From: the human T2T-CHM13v2.0 reference genome, Homo sapiens
Direction: 5' to 3' (one strand)
Length of the DNA stretch: 64,000 bases
Assembly (NCBI RefSeq): GCF_009914755.1
Contig: NC_060930.1
Position numbers and translations under genes: made by a program. Numbering within the stretch: position 1 is the first letter of the stretch; each line of letters opens with the position of its first letter. Under the pieces are notes generated by a model, which saw nothing but the letters and a program-made list of their open reading frames with translations, was not told the origin of the DNA and searched no databases. Shown here piece after piece: positions 39,341 through 53,500 of the stretch.

Positions 39341-40628
39341 CAATAATTCTCAAACATTTTGGTCTCATAAATTATTGAGGAGCCCCAATATTTTGTTGTT
39401 TACATAGATAATATCTATTAATAGAAATGCAATTGAGAAAATATAGAAATATGAAATAATTCATTTAAAAATAAAATAATTATTCCATAACATAGTAGTA
39501 ACTATAGGTATTTTATGAAAAATAACTATGTATATTTTCCAAAATAAAATATATAATGAGAATACTGGCATTGTTTTACATTTTTGCAAATACCTTTAGT
39601 GTCTGTTTATATGGAAGACAGATATATTTCTGTATCTGCTTCTGTATTCAGTATGTTGTGTTATGCTGTTCTATATATGCATAAAAAGAAAATCAAGCCT
39701 CACACAGATATATATATAGTTCAAAAGGGGAAGAATCTTTATTTTATTTTATTTTACTTTTTATGGATTCAGGGGTTACATGTGCAGATTTGTTACATGG
39801 ACATATTGTCCAATAGTGACATCTGGGCTTCTAGTGTACCCATCACTTGAATAATGAATATTGTACCCAATAGTTGATTTTTCAACTCTAATACTCTTCC
39901 CACTCTCCCATTCTGGAGCCCCAGTGTATATTACTTCCCTCTCTAAGTACATGTGTTCTCATTCTTTTGCTCCCACTTATAAATGAGGATAAATGATAAT
40001 TGATTTCCTGTTTCTGAATTATTTCACTTAGGATAATGGCCTCCCACTCCATCCATGTTGCTGCAAAAGCCATGATTTCATTCTTTTTTATGGCTACATA
40101 GTATTCCATGGTGTATACCATATATATATGCCACATATTCTTTATCCAGTCTTTCACTGATAGACACTTAGGTTGATTTCATGACTTTGCTATTGTGTAT
40201 TGTGCTGCTATAAACATAAGAGTGCAAGTGTCTTTTTGATATGACAATTTTTTTTCCTGTGGGGAGATACCCAGCAGTGGGATTCCTGGGTCAAATGGTA
40301 GTTCTATTATTCTCTGAGAAATCTCTATACTGTTTTCCAAAGAACTTGTACTGATATATAGCAAAAGGGAAGAGTTTTTTAAATATGCTTTTTTTTTAAG
40401 AGCAGTGGATATTATTGGGGCTACTCTAAAACTCAACCAGTGGTAGTTTGTTAAAAGTTAGTTACAAAGTGGAATATGAAGCCATATTGACACACATTTC
40501 AGACTCATTGCATTTAAACTCATCGATCTATCTTGCACCACAGATGGATCTTATTTTTCACCTCATGGACCCTGGAGAGAGTCTTGAATTTCTCAAGAGA
40601 TTCCTGGGCCACTGTCTGAGAACCACTG
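39341..40628 (-). mobile_element. Charlie1-type hAT DNA transposon derivative, split by an L1
   Basis: Terminal inverted repeats caataattctca / tgagaaccactg. 8-bp TSD-like tgataggc / tgctagtc. Body aaattattgaggagcccc...gaagacag...tctgcttctgtattcag. Confidence 0.8.
39738..40352 (-). mobile_element. L1PB-class 3' end, 5'-truncated
   Basis: Reversed L1P 3' UTR and ORF2 C-terminus (ORF 39888-40157, TMEYYVAIKKNEIMAFAATWMEWE). Flanked by aaaaggggaagaat / aaaagggaagagt. Confidence 0.92.
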
Positions 40629-40803
40629 TGCTAGTCATTGCTTTTGCAAAACAAAACACAGCATGAAATAAACCCTATTATCCTCAGTTTGCAGATATGA
40701 ATTCCACTCTAGTAGAGTGGATATTTCCTGGCCTCTATAATCCACCTGGCCTAGGTTTGCAACCCAACTTCACTATTTACCATCTGTCTAATTAAAATAT
40801 TCT

Positions 40804-41123
<320 letters not shown>

Positions 41124-41257
41124 TTATGCAAATATGCAAATCTGTACTATTTTATTTTCAAGAGACCATAGCAAAATTAACTGCCTTCAGTTTCCAAATT
41201 GTAGGTTATTCTTTTTGGATGGAGTCCTGTCTTCAATGACCATTAGTCTAACATAAT

Positions 41258-41470
41258 TGTTAGAATTAAGTAATCTTGGAGTCAAATGTTATCTGTTCAA
41301 ATTTATGTCATTTTCTGTCTGTGCAACCATAGCATGCTACTTACCTCTCTGTGCTTCAGTGTCCTCATGAACTAGATAAAGTTGTGAGAATTAAATGGGG
41401 GTAATATATGCAAAGTGCTTAGAACAGTGTCTGACATTTTATAAGAGCTAGATTAGTTTATGGTATTTTT
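41258..41470 (+). mobile_element. MIR SINE
   Basis: tacttacctctctgtgcttcagtgtcctcat...gttgtgagaattaaatg...aaagtgcttagaacagtgtctgaca. Confidence 0.85.
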
Positions 41471-41949
41471 AACCATTATTGTCATTATCATTACTATCTA
41501 TCCTACTGTTCTTGCCCACTCTTGCTTCTCGGGAGCAAGTCAGACACTGTCCTGTCCTGGATCCCAACTTCAGAGCTCTTATTTCAAACTTTCCAACTCA
41601 TCCTGTGGAAACTTTCCTCACTATGTTTAAAGAGGAGGAGGGACCCCCCCCCACCCCAATTCAGCAATGCTTTCTCCTTATGGGCATAAAGACTCACCAT
41701 TACTCCTTTCAAAGAAGTCTTCACAAACCTCCTCTTTTCCAAAATCTGACCATCTTTGATATCTTTGATGTAGTCAAAAGTTGTGACATTAATTTTTGTT
41801 ATTGTTTCTTCATAAAATCTGTCTATGGGGAGATGTCTCTCACTCACATTGGTATCTGCAATCTATCTGACCTACACCATGGGTGCACCAGAATGGGAAG
41901 TGTTTCATCCTTAATGTTTCATTACACAAGCAATAACAGTTCAGGAGGA

Positions 41950-42105
41950 AGTGCTTATGTACAGCAAGTGGTACAGACTCTTCACAAACATACTCTCCTG
42001 CAATCTTCATAGTGATTTTGTGAAGAAGGTACTATATTTTACAGAGTTGGGGTCAGGGGGACCAAGTCTCAGGGAGATTAACTTGCCACAGATCTTACCA
42101 AGTAT
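41950..42105 (-). mobile_element. MIR fragment
   Basis: gtgaagaaggtactatattttacagag...ctcagggagattaacttgcc. Confidence 0.6.
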
Positions 42106-43797
42106 CAAAATGTGACAATGTCCTTAGCTAAGTTTACTTAGTTTTATGTATTAAATTTCTTTTCCCTTATTTTCTTCACTTTTACTTTTAGTTTAAAGGT
42201 CTGATATATATGAGAGATTGTTCATAAAACAATGATCCCTGCTTCCCTTTCTTTTCCACTAAGGCTATCACTTTCACTTCTTTTGGATGATTGTTTTAGC
42301 ATTTATCTTCTTCATATTACATATTTCTATTGCTTCCTCTTGATTACCAGTTTTAATAATGGTTTCTTAAATTCCCACCACAAATGATCAAGATTTGTGT
42401 CTCTTTTCTTTCCCTTCCCCTTCCAATTGTCGTCAATAGAATTGAGTTATAACTTTGGTATAGGTAAGTGCTAAGCATTTGCATTACTAACATTATGAAA
42501 ATGCTATTCACAGCTATGATTATTTTTCCTTTTATGTACTACTTTTTGTTTTCCCTGAAGTTAATAATTACTATATTTTTTGTTTCTTTAGTTTTGTGCA
42601 TACTTACCAATATTTCAGTCCCAAAGTGTTTGCCACTTATCTAAATGTTCTCATAAGACATTCTATATGTATGTGTAAATAAAGGAGTAGTTTCCTTTTC
42701 ATTAATTTTAGCACTCTATTTGCCATCTATTTGGATTTTCAGAGATACTTTATGTTATTCAAATTCCTGAGTACAGACAAAAGAAATGGTCAAATATATT
42801 AGAGAAATTCTTAGTAAAGTTACCATATATATGAAGTAATATGGACCATAGTGTTTCTCATCACATATTGACTGCAATTAAGTTTAAGTTAATTGACAAT
42901 ACTTTAGCAATTATAATAAGATAAATTATAATGTGTTTGGGGTAAAACTGATACATTTTATTAAAATAATCATTTAGTATGATTTTAATAAATAATTTAT
43001 TAAAATATCATTTATTATGAATCATACTTCTTGATATTCAATAAAATTTACAAATCCTTTTTAAATGATATCCAATCAGTTTGCAAACTCACACATTTTG
43101 AAAAACTGTATGTCCAAGTACAGTACATAAAAGGCATTTATTGATGAATACACTTAAAAATATACATATGAACACACTAAAATTAAACTCTCAGCTTTTA
43201 GACTACTTAGAGAATGGCTTTTATTGGATAGCTAAGTTTTCCAAATGGCTGATGATTATTGCCTGTAAGCTCAGAAATCAGCCTTACTTAGGCTCTCTCA
43301 ATATCCGTTACATTAAATCATGCCTTTCTTAAAAGGTCATACCCTTTTTTAAAAACACCTAATGAATTGCAATTAATATCCCGGGGATAATTGTGGGATA
43401 AAGCGATAAGTAAATGGCATATGCATTATACTAAATTATTGCATTTATTCTAGATCTCTCTGCTATTGGAGTTGTGTCTTTTTCCTAATTAGATTTTCTT
43501 TCAGGGTACCAAAGATCATTATAATTCAGTATTTATACCCCTATCAATTCTTCTTTTTTATAATTTATTTCTTCTCTTCAATTACAGGCTTTATACCATC
43601 TTATCAAAATTATTTGATCAGGGAAAAAACAAATATTTCAGATATGATGCAGTCTTATATGAATAAAGTTCACCAAGTTTAGTGCATGGATTTGTAATAC
43701 TTATTGGACTGCCCAGAATATATTTTACTTAATTTCTTGATATGGCTATATCTATGCACAGTTAAGTTATGGCACTTATAGTTGCCATATAAGTGAT

Positions 43798-44183
43798 GTG
43801 TTAGCAACTGCTAGTTCTAATAATCCCCTGTATATCCTCTCCTGTAATAAAGGAACTTTCATTTTGAGCTGAGGTCACGGTGGCCAGGAAGTTGCAGCAA
43901 ATTGACTAAGTTCTGGGCAATGAGTTGGAGGAAAAGTGTGCCATTTTCAGGCCATAGTCTTAAAGGAAGAAGTGTAGTTTTTCTGCTCCTCTCTAAAACC
44001 TGTTGCTTGGATCTCAGACATTCTTGGATAGGAAGAGAATGAGAGCCACACCCTAGGGATGATGGAGCAGAAAGCTGGCAACGGAGTCACTGAACTGAAG
44101 ACAAAATAAACGACTCCTTTTGTGTAACCCCCTGTTATTTGGAGGTCTATGTTATGTTTCTGCTAATTGATACTAATTACTAC
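43798..44183 (+). mobile_element. LTR33-like ERVL solo LTR
   Basis: tgactaagttctgggcaatgag...ccacaccctagggatgatggagcagaaag...aaataaac...ctgttatttgg...ctaattactaca. Confidence 0.75.
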
Positions 44184-44679
44184 AAGAAAATAGCTAATTG
44201 TGTGAAAACAGCATCTCCTTTGCTCAAGTTACTGGCCAGTTCATTTGTTCTGGGAGCTCCTGGGTTGAGCTAAAATCCCTAGTATATTAATCCCACCTGA
44301 AAATTCTGGGGCTTGAAGCATTAGTGTTTTCTGAAGATAGTTGGTTGTCTCTAGGTTATTAATTTGTAAGACATTATAAATGTAGCAAGTAGTATCTGAA
44401 TAGATTGTTGATTACAGCAGGGCCATTTTTCTCAGTCTTCTAAGGTTTACACTCCACCTGAAAGACTATACTATATCTCTTAAATTCTCGTTGTTTTGAC
44501 CTGTTGAAGAATTTGAAGGAATGATGAAATTGCCTGCTTTCTATACTGAAGGCTAACTCTTGGTCTGCAAATTTATTTGTATCTCTGGTTCTAGCTTCCT
44601 CTTGTCCAGACATATATTCAAAAATATAATAAAATAAATACCAACAGAAACCTGAGTCTTGGTTCACCCCCAGTTTATG

Positions 44680-45640
44680 AGGAGTTTCAAAACATATTTT
44701 GCTCATCCTCAGACCCTCTCCTATCCCCCATTAATATTTTGGATATAATATACATTTTTTTTCTGTGATTTTGATAATGAAAAGTCCAGTTCTGATAAAA
44801 ATTTAATCCCAATTGATTAAAATTACATTTTCTCTTTTTTCCCAAGCACAAACTTGTCCAAGGCTGAGGGATCTGAAGTTATAAGGGAAGGGAAGGATCT
44901 GTCTTTCTTGCCTCACCTCTCTCTTCAGGGTTACCTTCTCTGCAAGGTGAAGAAGAAATCCTGATTCTCTCATGGGGTACATAGGTGCATGCTTTGAAGG
45001 GTCCTGTGGGATCTTCCTGCTCAGTTACCTAGTGTGAAAGTTCAAGATCATACTAAAACATTAGCCCTCAGCCATCTTCAGCCCTCATCATGGGTGGAAC
45101 ACTCCATGCTGTAACTGCAGGGGTCCCTTTATCTGGTGGACAGCTCTTTTGGGTGGACTATCAGCAGAATGATTCAAGTTCTCCATTCTCAAAATTCTCA
45201 TGGCCATGGAAACTCATTCATTTTCCTGTACTGAATGCTGGGTATGTGTGTGGTTTAGTCCTGCACCTTCTGTCTACCTTCCTGCTGTCTCTCTGCAATT
45301 CCCTTTTTGCTCAGAGACCTAAGCCAAATCAGTAAAACTATTACCCAAGCAGATATCCAATGAAGCAACAGAACAATAGCCTTCTTCCTCCTTTCCACCA
45401 TGGCCAGGAGAAGAAATTGCGTCTTACCAGTAACAAAATTTTCACAAGACATATGATTCTTACACTACCTCTGTTTTTCACCCATATATTTGCTAGACAG
45501 AGATCAGAGTGGTTCTGTAATCTCTTGAGACTCAGAGAACAATGAGGGAGGGATCTGATCCCAATTATGGGTGCCTCACTTCAGAAGGTGGGTTACTTAA
45601 AACTTCTTTGTGTCAGAGTTTGGCACTAAATCCCACTCAG
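44680..45640 (-). mobile_element. LTR78-like ancient LTR
   Basis: aaagtccagttctgataaaaatttaatccc...aaggctgagggatctgaag resembles the recalled reversed LTR78. Confidence 0.4.
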
Positions 45641-45644
45641 CAAG

Positions 45645-47969
45645 TCACATGGTTTGGCTCTGTGTCCCCACCCAAATCTCATGTCAAACTGTAATCCCCA
45701 CATGTCTAGGGAGGGACCTGGTAGGAGGTGACTGGATCATGGGGCCAGTTTCTCCCCTCCTGTTCTCATGATAGTGAGTGAGTTCTCAATGAGATATGAT
45801 GGTTCAAAAGTGTGTGGCAATTCCCCCCTTGCTCCCTTTCTTTCTCCTGCTGCCATGTAAGACATGCCTTGCTTCCCCTTCACCTTCTGCCATGATTGCT
45901 AGTTTCCTGAGGCCTCTCCAGCCATGCAGAACTTAGCACTTTTTCTTTATAAATTACCCAGTCTCAGTTAGTGCTTTATAGCAGTGTGAAAATGGATTAA
46001 TACAGAAAAGTGGTACCACGAGAGTGGGTCACTGCTATAAAGATACCTCAAAATGTGGAAGCGACTTTGGAACTGGATAACAGGAAGAGTTTGGAACAGT
46101 TTGGAGGGCTCAGAAGAAGAAAGGAAGATGAGTGAAAGTTTGGAATTTCCTAGAGACTTGTTGAATGGTTTTGACCAAAATGCTAATAATGGTATGGACA
46201 ATGAAGTCCAGACTGAGATAGTCTCAGATGGAGATTAGGAATTTATTGGGAACTGGAGCAAAGGTCACTCTTGCTTTGCTTTAGCAAAAAGATTGGCAGC
46301 GTTGTCTCTGCTCTAGGGATCTGTGGAACTTTGAACTTACAGGAGATGATTTAGAGTATCGGGCAGGAGAAACTTCCAAGTAAAAAAGCATTCAAGATGT
46401 AATATGGCTGCTCCTAATAGTATATAGTCTTATGCATTCACAAAGAGATGGTCTGAAATTGGAACTTATGTTCAAAAGCAGAGTATAAAAGTTTGAAAAA
46501 TTTGCCGACTGACCATGTGGTAGAAAAGAAAAACCTATTTTATGGGGAGAAATTCAAGCCAGCTGGAGAAATTTGCATAAGTAAAGAGGAGCCAAATGTT
46601 AAGACAATGGGAAAAATGTCTCCAGGGCATTTCAGAGCTCTTCATGGCAGCTCTTCCCATCACAGACCTGGAGGCCTAGGAAGGAAAAATGGTTTTGTAG
46701 GCTAGTCCCAGGGTGCTGCTTCTCTGTGCAGTCTCAGGACATGGCACCCTGCATCCTAGCTGCTCCAGCTTCAGCCATGGCTAAAAGGGGGAAGGTACAG
46801 CTCAGGCTGTGGCTTCAGGGGGTTCCAGCCCCATGCCTTGGTGGCTTCCATGTGGTGTTGAGCCTGCTGGTGCACAGAAGGCAAGAGTTTAGGAAACTTC
46901 ACTTAGATTTCAGAGGATGTATGGAAACACCTGGATATCCAGGCAGATGTCTGCTTCAGGAGTGGAGCCCTCATGGAGAACCTCTACTAGGGCAATGTAG
47001 AGAGGAAATGTGGGGTTGGAGCCCCCACACAGAGTCCCACTGTGGCACTGCATAGTGGAGCTATGCAAAGAAGCCACCATTCTCCAGACCCCAGAATGGT
47101 AGGTCCACAGACAGTTTGTACTGTGCTCCTGGAAAAGCCACAGACACTCAACACAGCCCATGAAAGCAGCCGGGAGGGAGGCTGTAGCCTGCAAAGCCAC
47201 AGGGGTGGAGCTGCCCAAGGCTTTGGGAGGCCAATCTTTGTATCCGCATGTCCTGTATGTGAGACATGACGTCAAAGGAGATTATTTTGGAGCTTTAAGA
47301 TTTAATGACTGTCCTGCTGGGTTTCAGACTTGCAAGGGGCCTGTAGACCATTGCTTTTGGCCAATTTCTCCCTTTTGCAATGGCAGCATTTACCCAGCGC
47401 CTGTACCCCCACTGTTTCTTGGAAGTAACTAACTTGCTTTTGATTTTACAGGCTCATAGGCCAAAAGGACTTGCCTTGTCTCAGATGAGACTTTGGACTT
47501 TTGGGTTAATGCTAGGATGAGTTAAGACTATAAGGGACTGTTGGGAAGGCATGATTGTGTTTTGAAATGTGAGAAGGACATGAGATTTGAGAGGTACTAG
47601 GGGTAAAATGATATGATTTGGCTCTGTGTCCCCACCCAAATCTCATGTTTAATTATAATCCCCATATGTCAGGGAAGGGACATGGTAGGAAGTGACTGGA
47701 TCATGGGGGAGGTTTCCCCTATGCAGTTCTGGTGAGAGTGAGTTAGTTCTATGAGATCTAATGGTTTAAAAGTGTGTGGCATCCCCCACTTGCTCTGTCT
47801 CTCCTGGTACCACGTAAGGTGTGTCTTTCTTCCCATTCACCTTCCGCCATGATTGTAAGTTTCTGAGGCCTCCCCAGCCATGTAAAAGTGTGAGTCAATT
47901 AAACCTCTTTTCTTTATACATTACCCAATCCCAATCTTCTTTATAGCAATGTGAAAATAAAGTAATGTA
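45645..47969 (+). mobile_element. Full-length THE1D provirus (LTR 45645-46004, internal, LTR 47609-47969)
   Basis: Two direct LTRs (aaaagtgtgtggca, gtgactggatcatgggg) lacking the MSTA-specific 3' segment. MaLR internal region with a decayed ORF. Confidence 0.92.
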
Positions 47970-48417
47970 ACATGTTGTTATCTTTAGGAAGATTTTTGTG
48001 CTAGGAACCACAAACCATTTTATATATAACACTATAATTTTTTAACCAAATCCACAAAACTGGTTTAAGCAACTATACAGTAGTTTCACAACATACATTT
48101 AAAGCAAACATTTATTTTTCTTTGCTCCCAAAATACCTATTTTGAAGGGAGCATAAAATAATGCTATTTATAGATTTTATTTTGGGAAAAAATCTAGTTT
48201 TAGGAATTGTCATAACCTTGATAACTATTATTATCTTTCTCTGAGATGCTTTGAATAAATATTATGATACACATTTGTGCAATATTTCTGTGTAGACATA
48301 TGCCAGATGTGTGATGACAAGCTGCCTTGTAATACAATAATACAAACTCCTGGAAGTGTTGGAACCAAAAAGTATTTAACATGCTGAATATGATTCTGGA
48401 AATAGGACTTCCAGATG

Positions 48418-48418
<1 letters not shown>

Positions 48419-48456
<38 letters not shown>

Positions 48457-48465
48457 TGTGTGTGT
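48419..48465. repeat. (TG)n microsatellite, ~23 units with one interruption
   Basis: Direct reading. Confidence 0.97.
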
Positions 48466-49256
48466 TTAAACTTAATCTTAGCATCCTATCCAGCTTTAAA
48501 ATTCTGTGCTTTTGTTTTGTTGATGCTCCCTCAAAGCAAAATGAATACTTTCCAGGAGATGCCAATGAAATTAATGAGTTTAACCTCAAAGATTTTATCC
48601 TTCTCAGCAGTCAACTGGAAGCTAAAGTACATTAGAGAGAAATTAATTACAAGATGCTTGCATTTCAATTATTCTGCATTTATCACTGCAATTATTCCAT
48701 GCATCTATCACTTTCTAAATATAGGAAACTAAAACCAAAGACTCCCAAGTTTTTAATCCCTTCAGAAATGTAAATAGCCTCTGGTTGATATAGAAACTTT
48801 TTAATGTATTTACAATTTTAACTATGACTAAAGCCATAGTTAAAATTATTTATAGAGATTTTCTAAAATAAGAAATTCAAGGAATATCTTTAGTTGTTTT
48901 GAGTAAGCCAAATGTATGGTTCAAATTTAGAGTGATAATTATATCTACAGAAGCTTAAATTTTCTGGACAGAAAAACCTAGGAGAGAAATCATGCAAGAA
49001 CATCAAAGATGAGTTCAAGCATTTATGATGCAAATAATGCTGACAAATTTTAGCAAGCAACATTTGTAGAGCCAAATTAGTTAATTCAAATCATAAATAC
49101 AATATAAGAGCAAATGTCTATTCCTAAGATAAAATGAGAAAAAGTCTATGTTTCCAATTTATTTGTAGTTATGGACTCTCACATATGAAAAATTAAAAGT
49201 GTTATTTTAAATTCCAGTTTTATGTGAGGCCTGCATACATACATAACTTTGAATAA

Positions 49257-49591
<335 letters not shown>

Positions 49592-49794
49592 GAAAGGCAA
49601 CATTCTTATAATGTGGAAGCCAAACTTATCTTTCCTAATATAGTTAGCCACATGATTTTTACTGAATATCCTATATCAGAAACCAGTAGCATTATTTCGC
49701 ATGAAGACTGGCTGTTAGATATACTGCTACATGGATATTATAGATGAGTAATAGGGCAATGACTCTGAAAAAATTCTTAGAACTCATCTGGTTG

Positions 49795-49945
49795 AGAAGT
49801 CACCAACTGGTGGCTCAGGAGCCGCATTAAATCACAGTTGTACTTGGACTATTTAGTATTTTAATCATTTGGAAATTTTACATAGAATTCTTTATTATCA
49901 GCATGTCTTGAAAAATCAAGAGGAGCTTGGAAATACATTGGTCTT
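49795..49945. mobile_element. Charlie4z-like hAT fragment
   Basis: tacatagaattc...cagcatgtcttgaaaaatcaagaggagcttggaaatacattgg. Confidence 0.45.
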
Positions 49946-50134
49946 ATCTAGCCATTAGTTGTTTTTTCATCAAGTTTCCACAGCTCCTATTATCCTTTTT
50001 ATCTCAGACCGTTTGCTAAATTTATTTACTACCCTCATAGCATCCAAAGACATTTGAGCTTTTGACCCTTGAGTTAATCCATCTTTCACAGGTGAAAACA
50101 TTGAGTCATTATTGATCCCCCGAGTTATCCGACA

Positions 50135-50388
50135 ATGAAGTGTAGTGGTTAAAGTGTTGTCTCTGGAGTCAGTCTGCATGGGTTCAAATCCCAGCTTAGC
50201 CACTTGCCCACTCTGTGATTCAGAGCAAGTTATTGAACATTTCTGAGATTTAGTTTCCTCATGTTTAATATGAGGAGAGAAATAATACCTGCCTCGTTGG
50301 GTTTTATGAGGCTAGACCAGTAAATATCTGTGATGTGTTTAGAAGAGTGCCTGGCAAATTTTACACTCAGTCTGATTGCTATGTTATT
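50135..50388 (+). mobile_element. MIR SINE, near full length
   Basis: gtagtggttaaag...ctctggagtcag...gggttcaaatcccagct...agtttcctcat...gtgcctggca. Confidence 0.92.
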
Positions 50389-50557
50389 AAACCACTCTTT
50401 AGAAGGTGAGATGCAGAGTAGCCTGCTCAAAGGATAGGTCCTTCTGTGGCTTGACACTAATCTAGCTTCTGCTTATAGAGCCCTATTCATTTAATTCTTC
50501 ATTTCTTTCTAAGTGTTTGAGTGAAAGTCCCTGCAACTTCGGCTTTTGTAAACTTAC

Positions 50558-50597
50558 CCTTCTCTTGGACAACATGGTCTTGAATATGAGGAATGTA
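50558..50597 (-). other. Candidate 40-nt internal exon, host transcript unidentified
   Basis: Minus strand: long AG-free pyrimidine-rich zone, branch point CTGAC, ttttccatccgccttAG | 40 nt | GTAAGT. Confidence 0.45.
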
Positions 50598-53500
50598 CTA
50601 AGGCGGATGGAAAAGTCAGTCCCAGCATATAAAAGATCAGAGACAGAAATGATAAAAAAAGAATTGTTTTATTCTTATGAACAACTTTACTTCTTTAAGA
50701 ACTTGTGCAGATAGAAAAAGCATTTAAGATTTCCATCCTCAGTTGTCTATTACAAGGAGGATGAAGAATTTATTTTTTTCCATTTATATTTGAAAAATGC
50801 TTAATTAACATTAACATTTTGAGAAGCTAGAAACAGATGACTGAGGGGAAATAGGGGTAAAGTGTGAAGACTTGCATTAATTCCCTTTCAAAATATTATT
50901 TAACTTAGGCAAATTTAATGGTCTCGTTTAGAATTGTGCTGATTGCATGGGGGAATAAAGATTCCCTTTTTCTGATTGTTCATATAATCAATTTTGTACT
51001 CATTAAAAAAACTCCTTGTGAATATAAACAAGCATTTATAGCATATTTTTCTTGTTGATAAGCTTATTTGCCACAAAGTTTAACATGTGTGTTCCCAAAT
51101 GTCCTTTTTCCATAATTTGTATTTTAAGTTGACTTGACTCCCTGCACCAACTAGGAAGCTCTCTTTCTCTAAAAACATTCTTCCATTTGAAGTTTTTAAT
51201 AAAGGATTAAGAGAGTTATTCACTTGCATTAGTCTATTTTCTGACAAAAAGGGCTTTAAAGTCATACATAAAAAGAAATATTGAGCATATGTCTTAATCA
51301 TTAATGTCATTAATGAGGGTAATAATTTATTATCCTCTAATCAAATTAAATGTTTTATCTCCCTAAAATCTACCTAAAGGCGAGAAAGAACATTTTTGTG
51401 GAATGAATAATATTTCATTGGAGTTAAGTCTATTCTTTCTTTGATTAGGTTTATTTCTTCATAAGGTCATCTTTGATACTTAAACTTTTGCTAAAATTTT
51501 GTGTAACAAATATTTTTTCATTGATATGACTGTCTTACGGTTTTTGTGATTAAGTTATAAATTAATTTTCTCTTGCTGTAACTTTCAAATAAATAAAGTG
51601 TGTAAACAGACATGTAAGACTTTGAGATTTGGAGAGCAGTTGGAAGGATGGAAAGTGTACCATAATTCCAAATATTGTACAGGCAATGTTTACAGTATTT
51701 GCAACAGCTAATTACTCCTGTCAGGTTGTAGAAAATGATAATTTTTTTGAAGACAAGTCTTTGCCAGCCTTAGTTAGCATTTGTTTGCCTGCAGAAATAC
51801 TGTGTAGTGACTTGGCTACCTGTTGTATTTATTTTACATAATGCAATAGCTAAGTTTTTATTAAGAAGAAAAATAGAAAATATGGGGAAAGTGAAGATAA
51901 AAATTGTCAAAAAAGGTATTATTTGATGAGGAAAAAACAACTAAAAGTGATTTTTAAAAAGGAAACGTATAAGAAGAAAAACCAGAAATTGAACAATTTG
52001 TTGAAGAGCTGGTAGTAATTTTTAAAATGTTTCATCTTTCTTCAATTCCCTTAAGTAATAGTGTTATTAAATTCTCCAGATGAGAGTTTGCCAGGATTTA
52101 ATGTTTGTATGCAGTATACACCAAAATGATTGGCCCTTGTGAATGGGTTTATTAGTTCTGTGATTTCTTTTATCTCATTTGAATTCAGTATATAATTACT
52201 GAAATAACACATCCACAAAAACTGTAGTACAAGCTTGTTTTACGGTTTATGTGGCTATCTTTGCCTTTAAATGTAACCCTAAATAAGACTTCAAATAAAC
52301 TGCCTAGTGCTTAGCTGCTCTGAACAGGAAAGACATAGTAGTTCTGGGTTCTGTGTCAGTGGCCCATTTGGAGACACCTGGAAAATATCTAGTTAAAATT
52401 TTAATGTATTTTTTTGTTGCTGATCAAGCTCAAACACTCTAGGACCATTTTACAAAATAACAACAAAATGCCAGATAAAGTGGAGAGGAGAGAAATGTAT
52501 TGAATATTTGGCTGTTTAGATTCATTAATGTAGAGTGGCTACATTCTTCTCCAAGTTCCACAAACCCAAAAACCACACACGTTCCTCTCTGTAACTTAGC
52601 AATTGGAACATGTGATGGTTTTAGGAAAACAGCATTGCTGAAACCCAAAACTGAGATAGCCATTTATGAATTAAGAGTTTGCAATTACTAAAATTGTAAC
52701 AAATCCTTCAAGATGTCTTAAAATAGGTGGTATTAATATGTAATATGATAAACATGCTAGCATTGTATAATTCCAAGCCAGTCTCAGCAAAAGCAATGGA
52801 TGACACTCATTTCTAAATAGCAGGTGAACATACTCTGGTTTTAGGTTTGGCTACTTCCTGTGAGATTGCAGTTTGGATTACGGCCATATTTCATGTATTT
52901 TTCTCCCTGAAAGCTAATGAAAGTCCCCTGGATGTAATGCCATTAATCCCTGGGGAAGAAATAACTGGGGCAAAATTTAATATAACAGATGTGATTTCTA
53001 TAAGTGCTAGTGATAAGATAGGAGGCAGTGCATTAGCAAAAAGGACTAGATAAGGAAAATTAAAAATGGTGAGTAAAGATTCTGCTTATCCTGAGGGAAA
53101 TTTCATGATTAACCAATGCCTTCAATTGTTATTTTCAATGATATAAAGTAATAATATGTAACATTCAACCTTAAATTATTGACTATGAATTCCAACAATG
53201 AAAAGTGTACGATATCATTACAAGATGATCTAAGTTTCTTCTCCAGTATTGACAATATATTCATTCTTGGGGTGAGGGATTAAGAAGGAAAGTAAAATTA
53301 TGATAACTTCATTTTACTAGGAGTTTGTATTAAATATTTAAAATGCTTATATTACATATCCCTAAAGGTAATTCTGTATGCCTGGATGAACATTTTATTT
53401 TATAAAAAAATTAGCATATATTCTTTCTTCTCTCCAGATTAGTTAACATAACTCAGAAAATCCTAAATATTAAATGAAAGCTCTAAATTTATATTAGTTG

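Noticed and set aside
41479-42012. 177-aa plus-strand ORF with a hydrophobic N-terminus
   Set aside because: Non-ATG start, ends within a MIR, no recognisable domain or promoter context.
43377-43410. TATCCC-G-GGGATA palindrome with GATA-like repeats
   Set aside because: Short and resembles a decayed MIR core, so compatible with chance.
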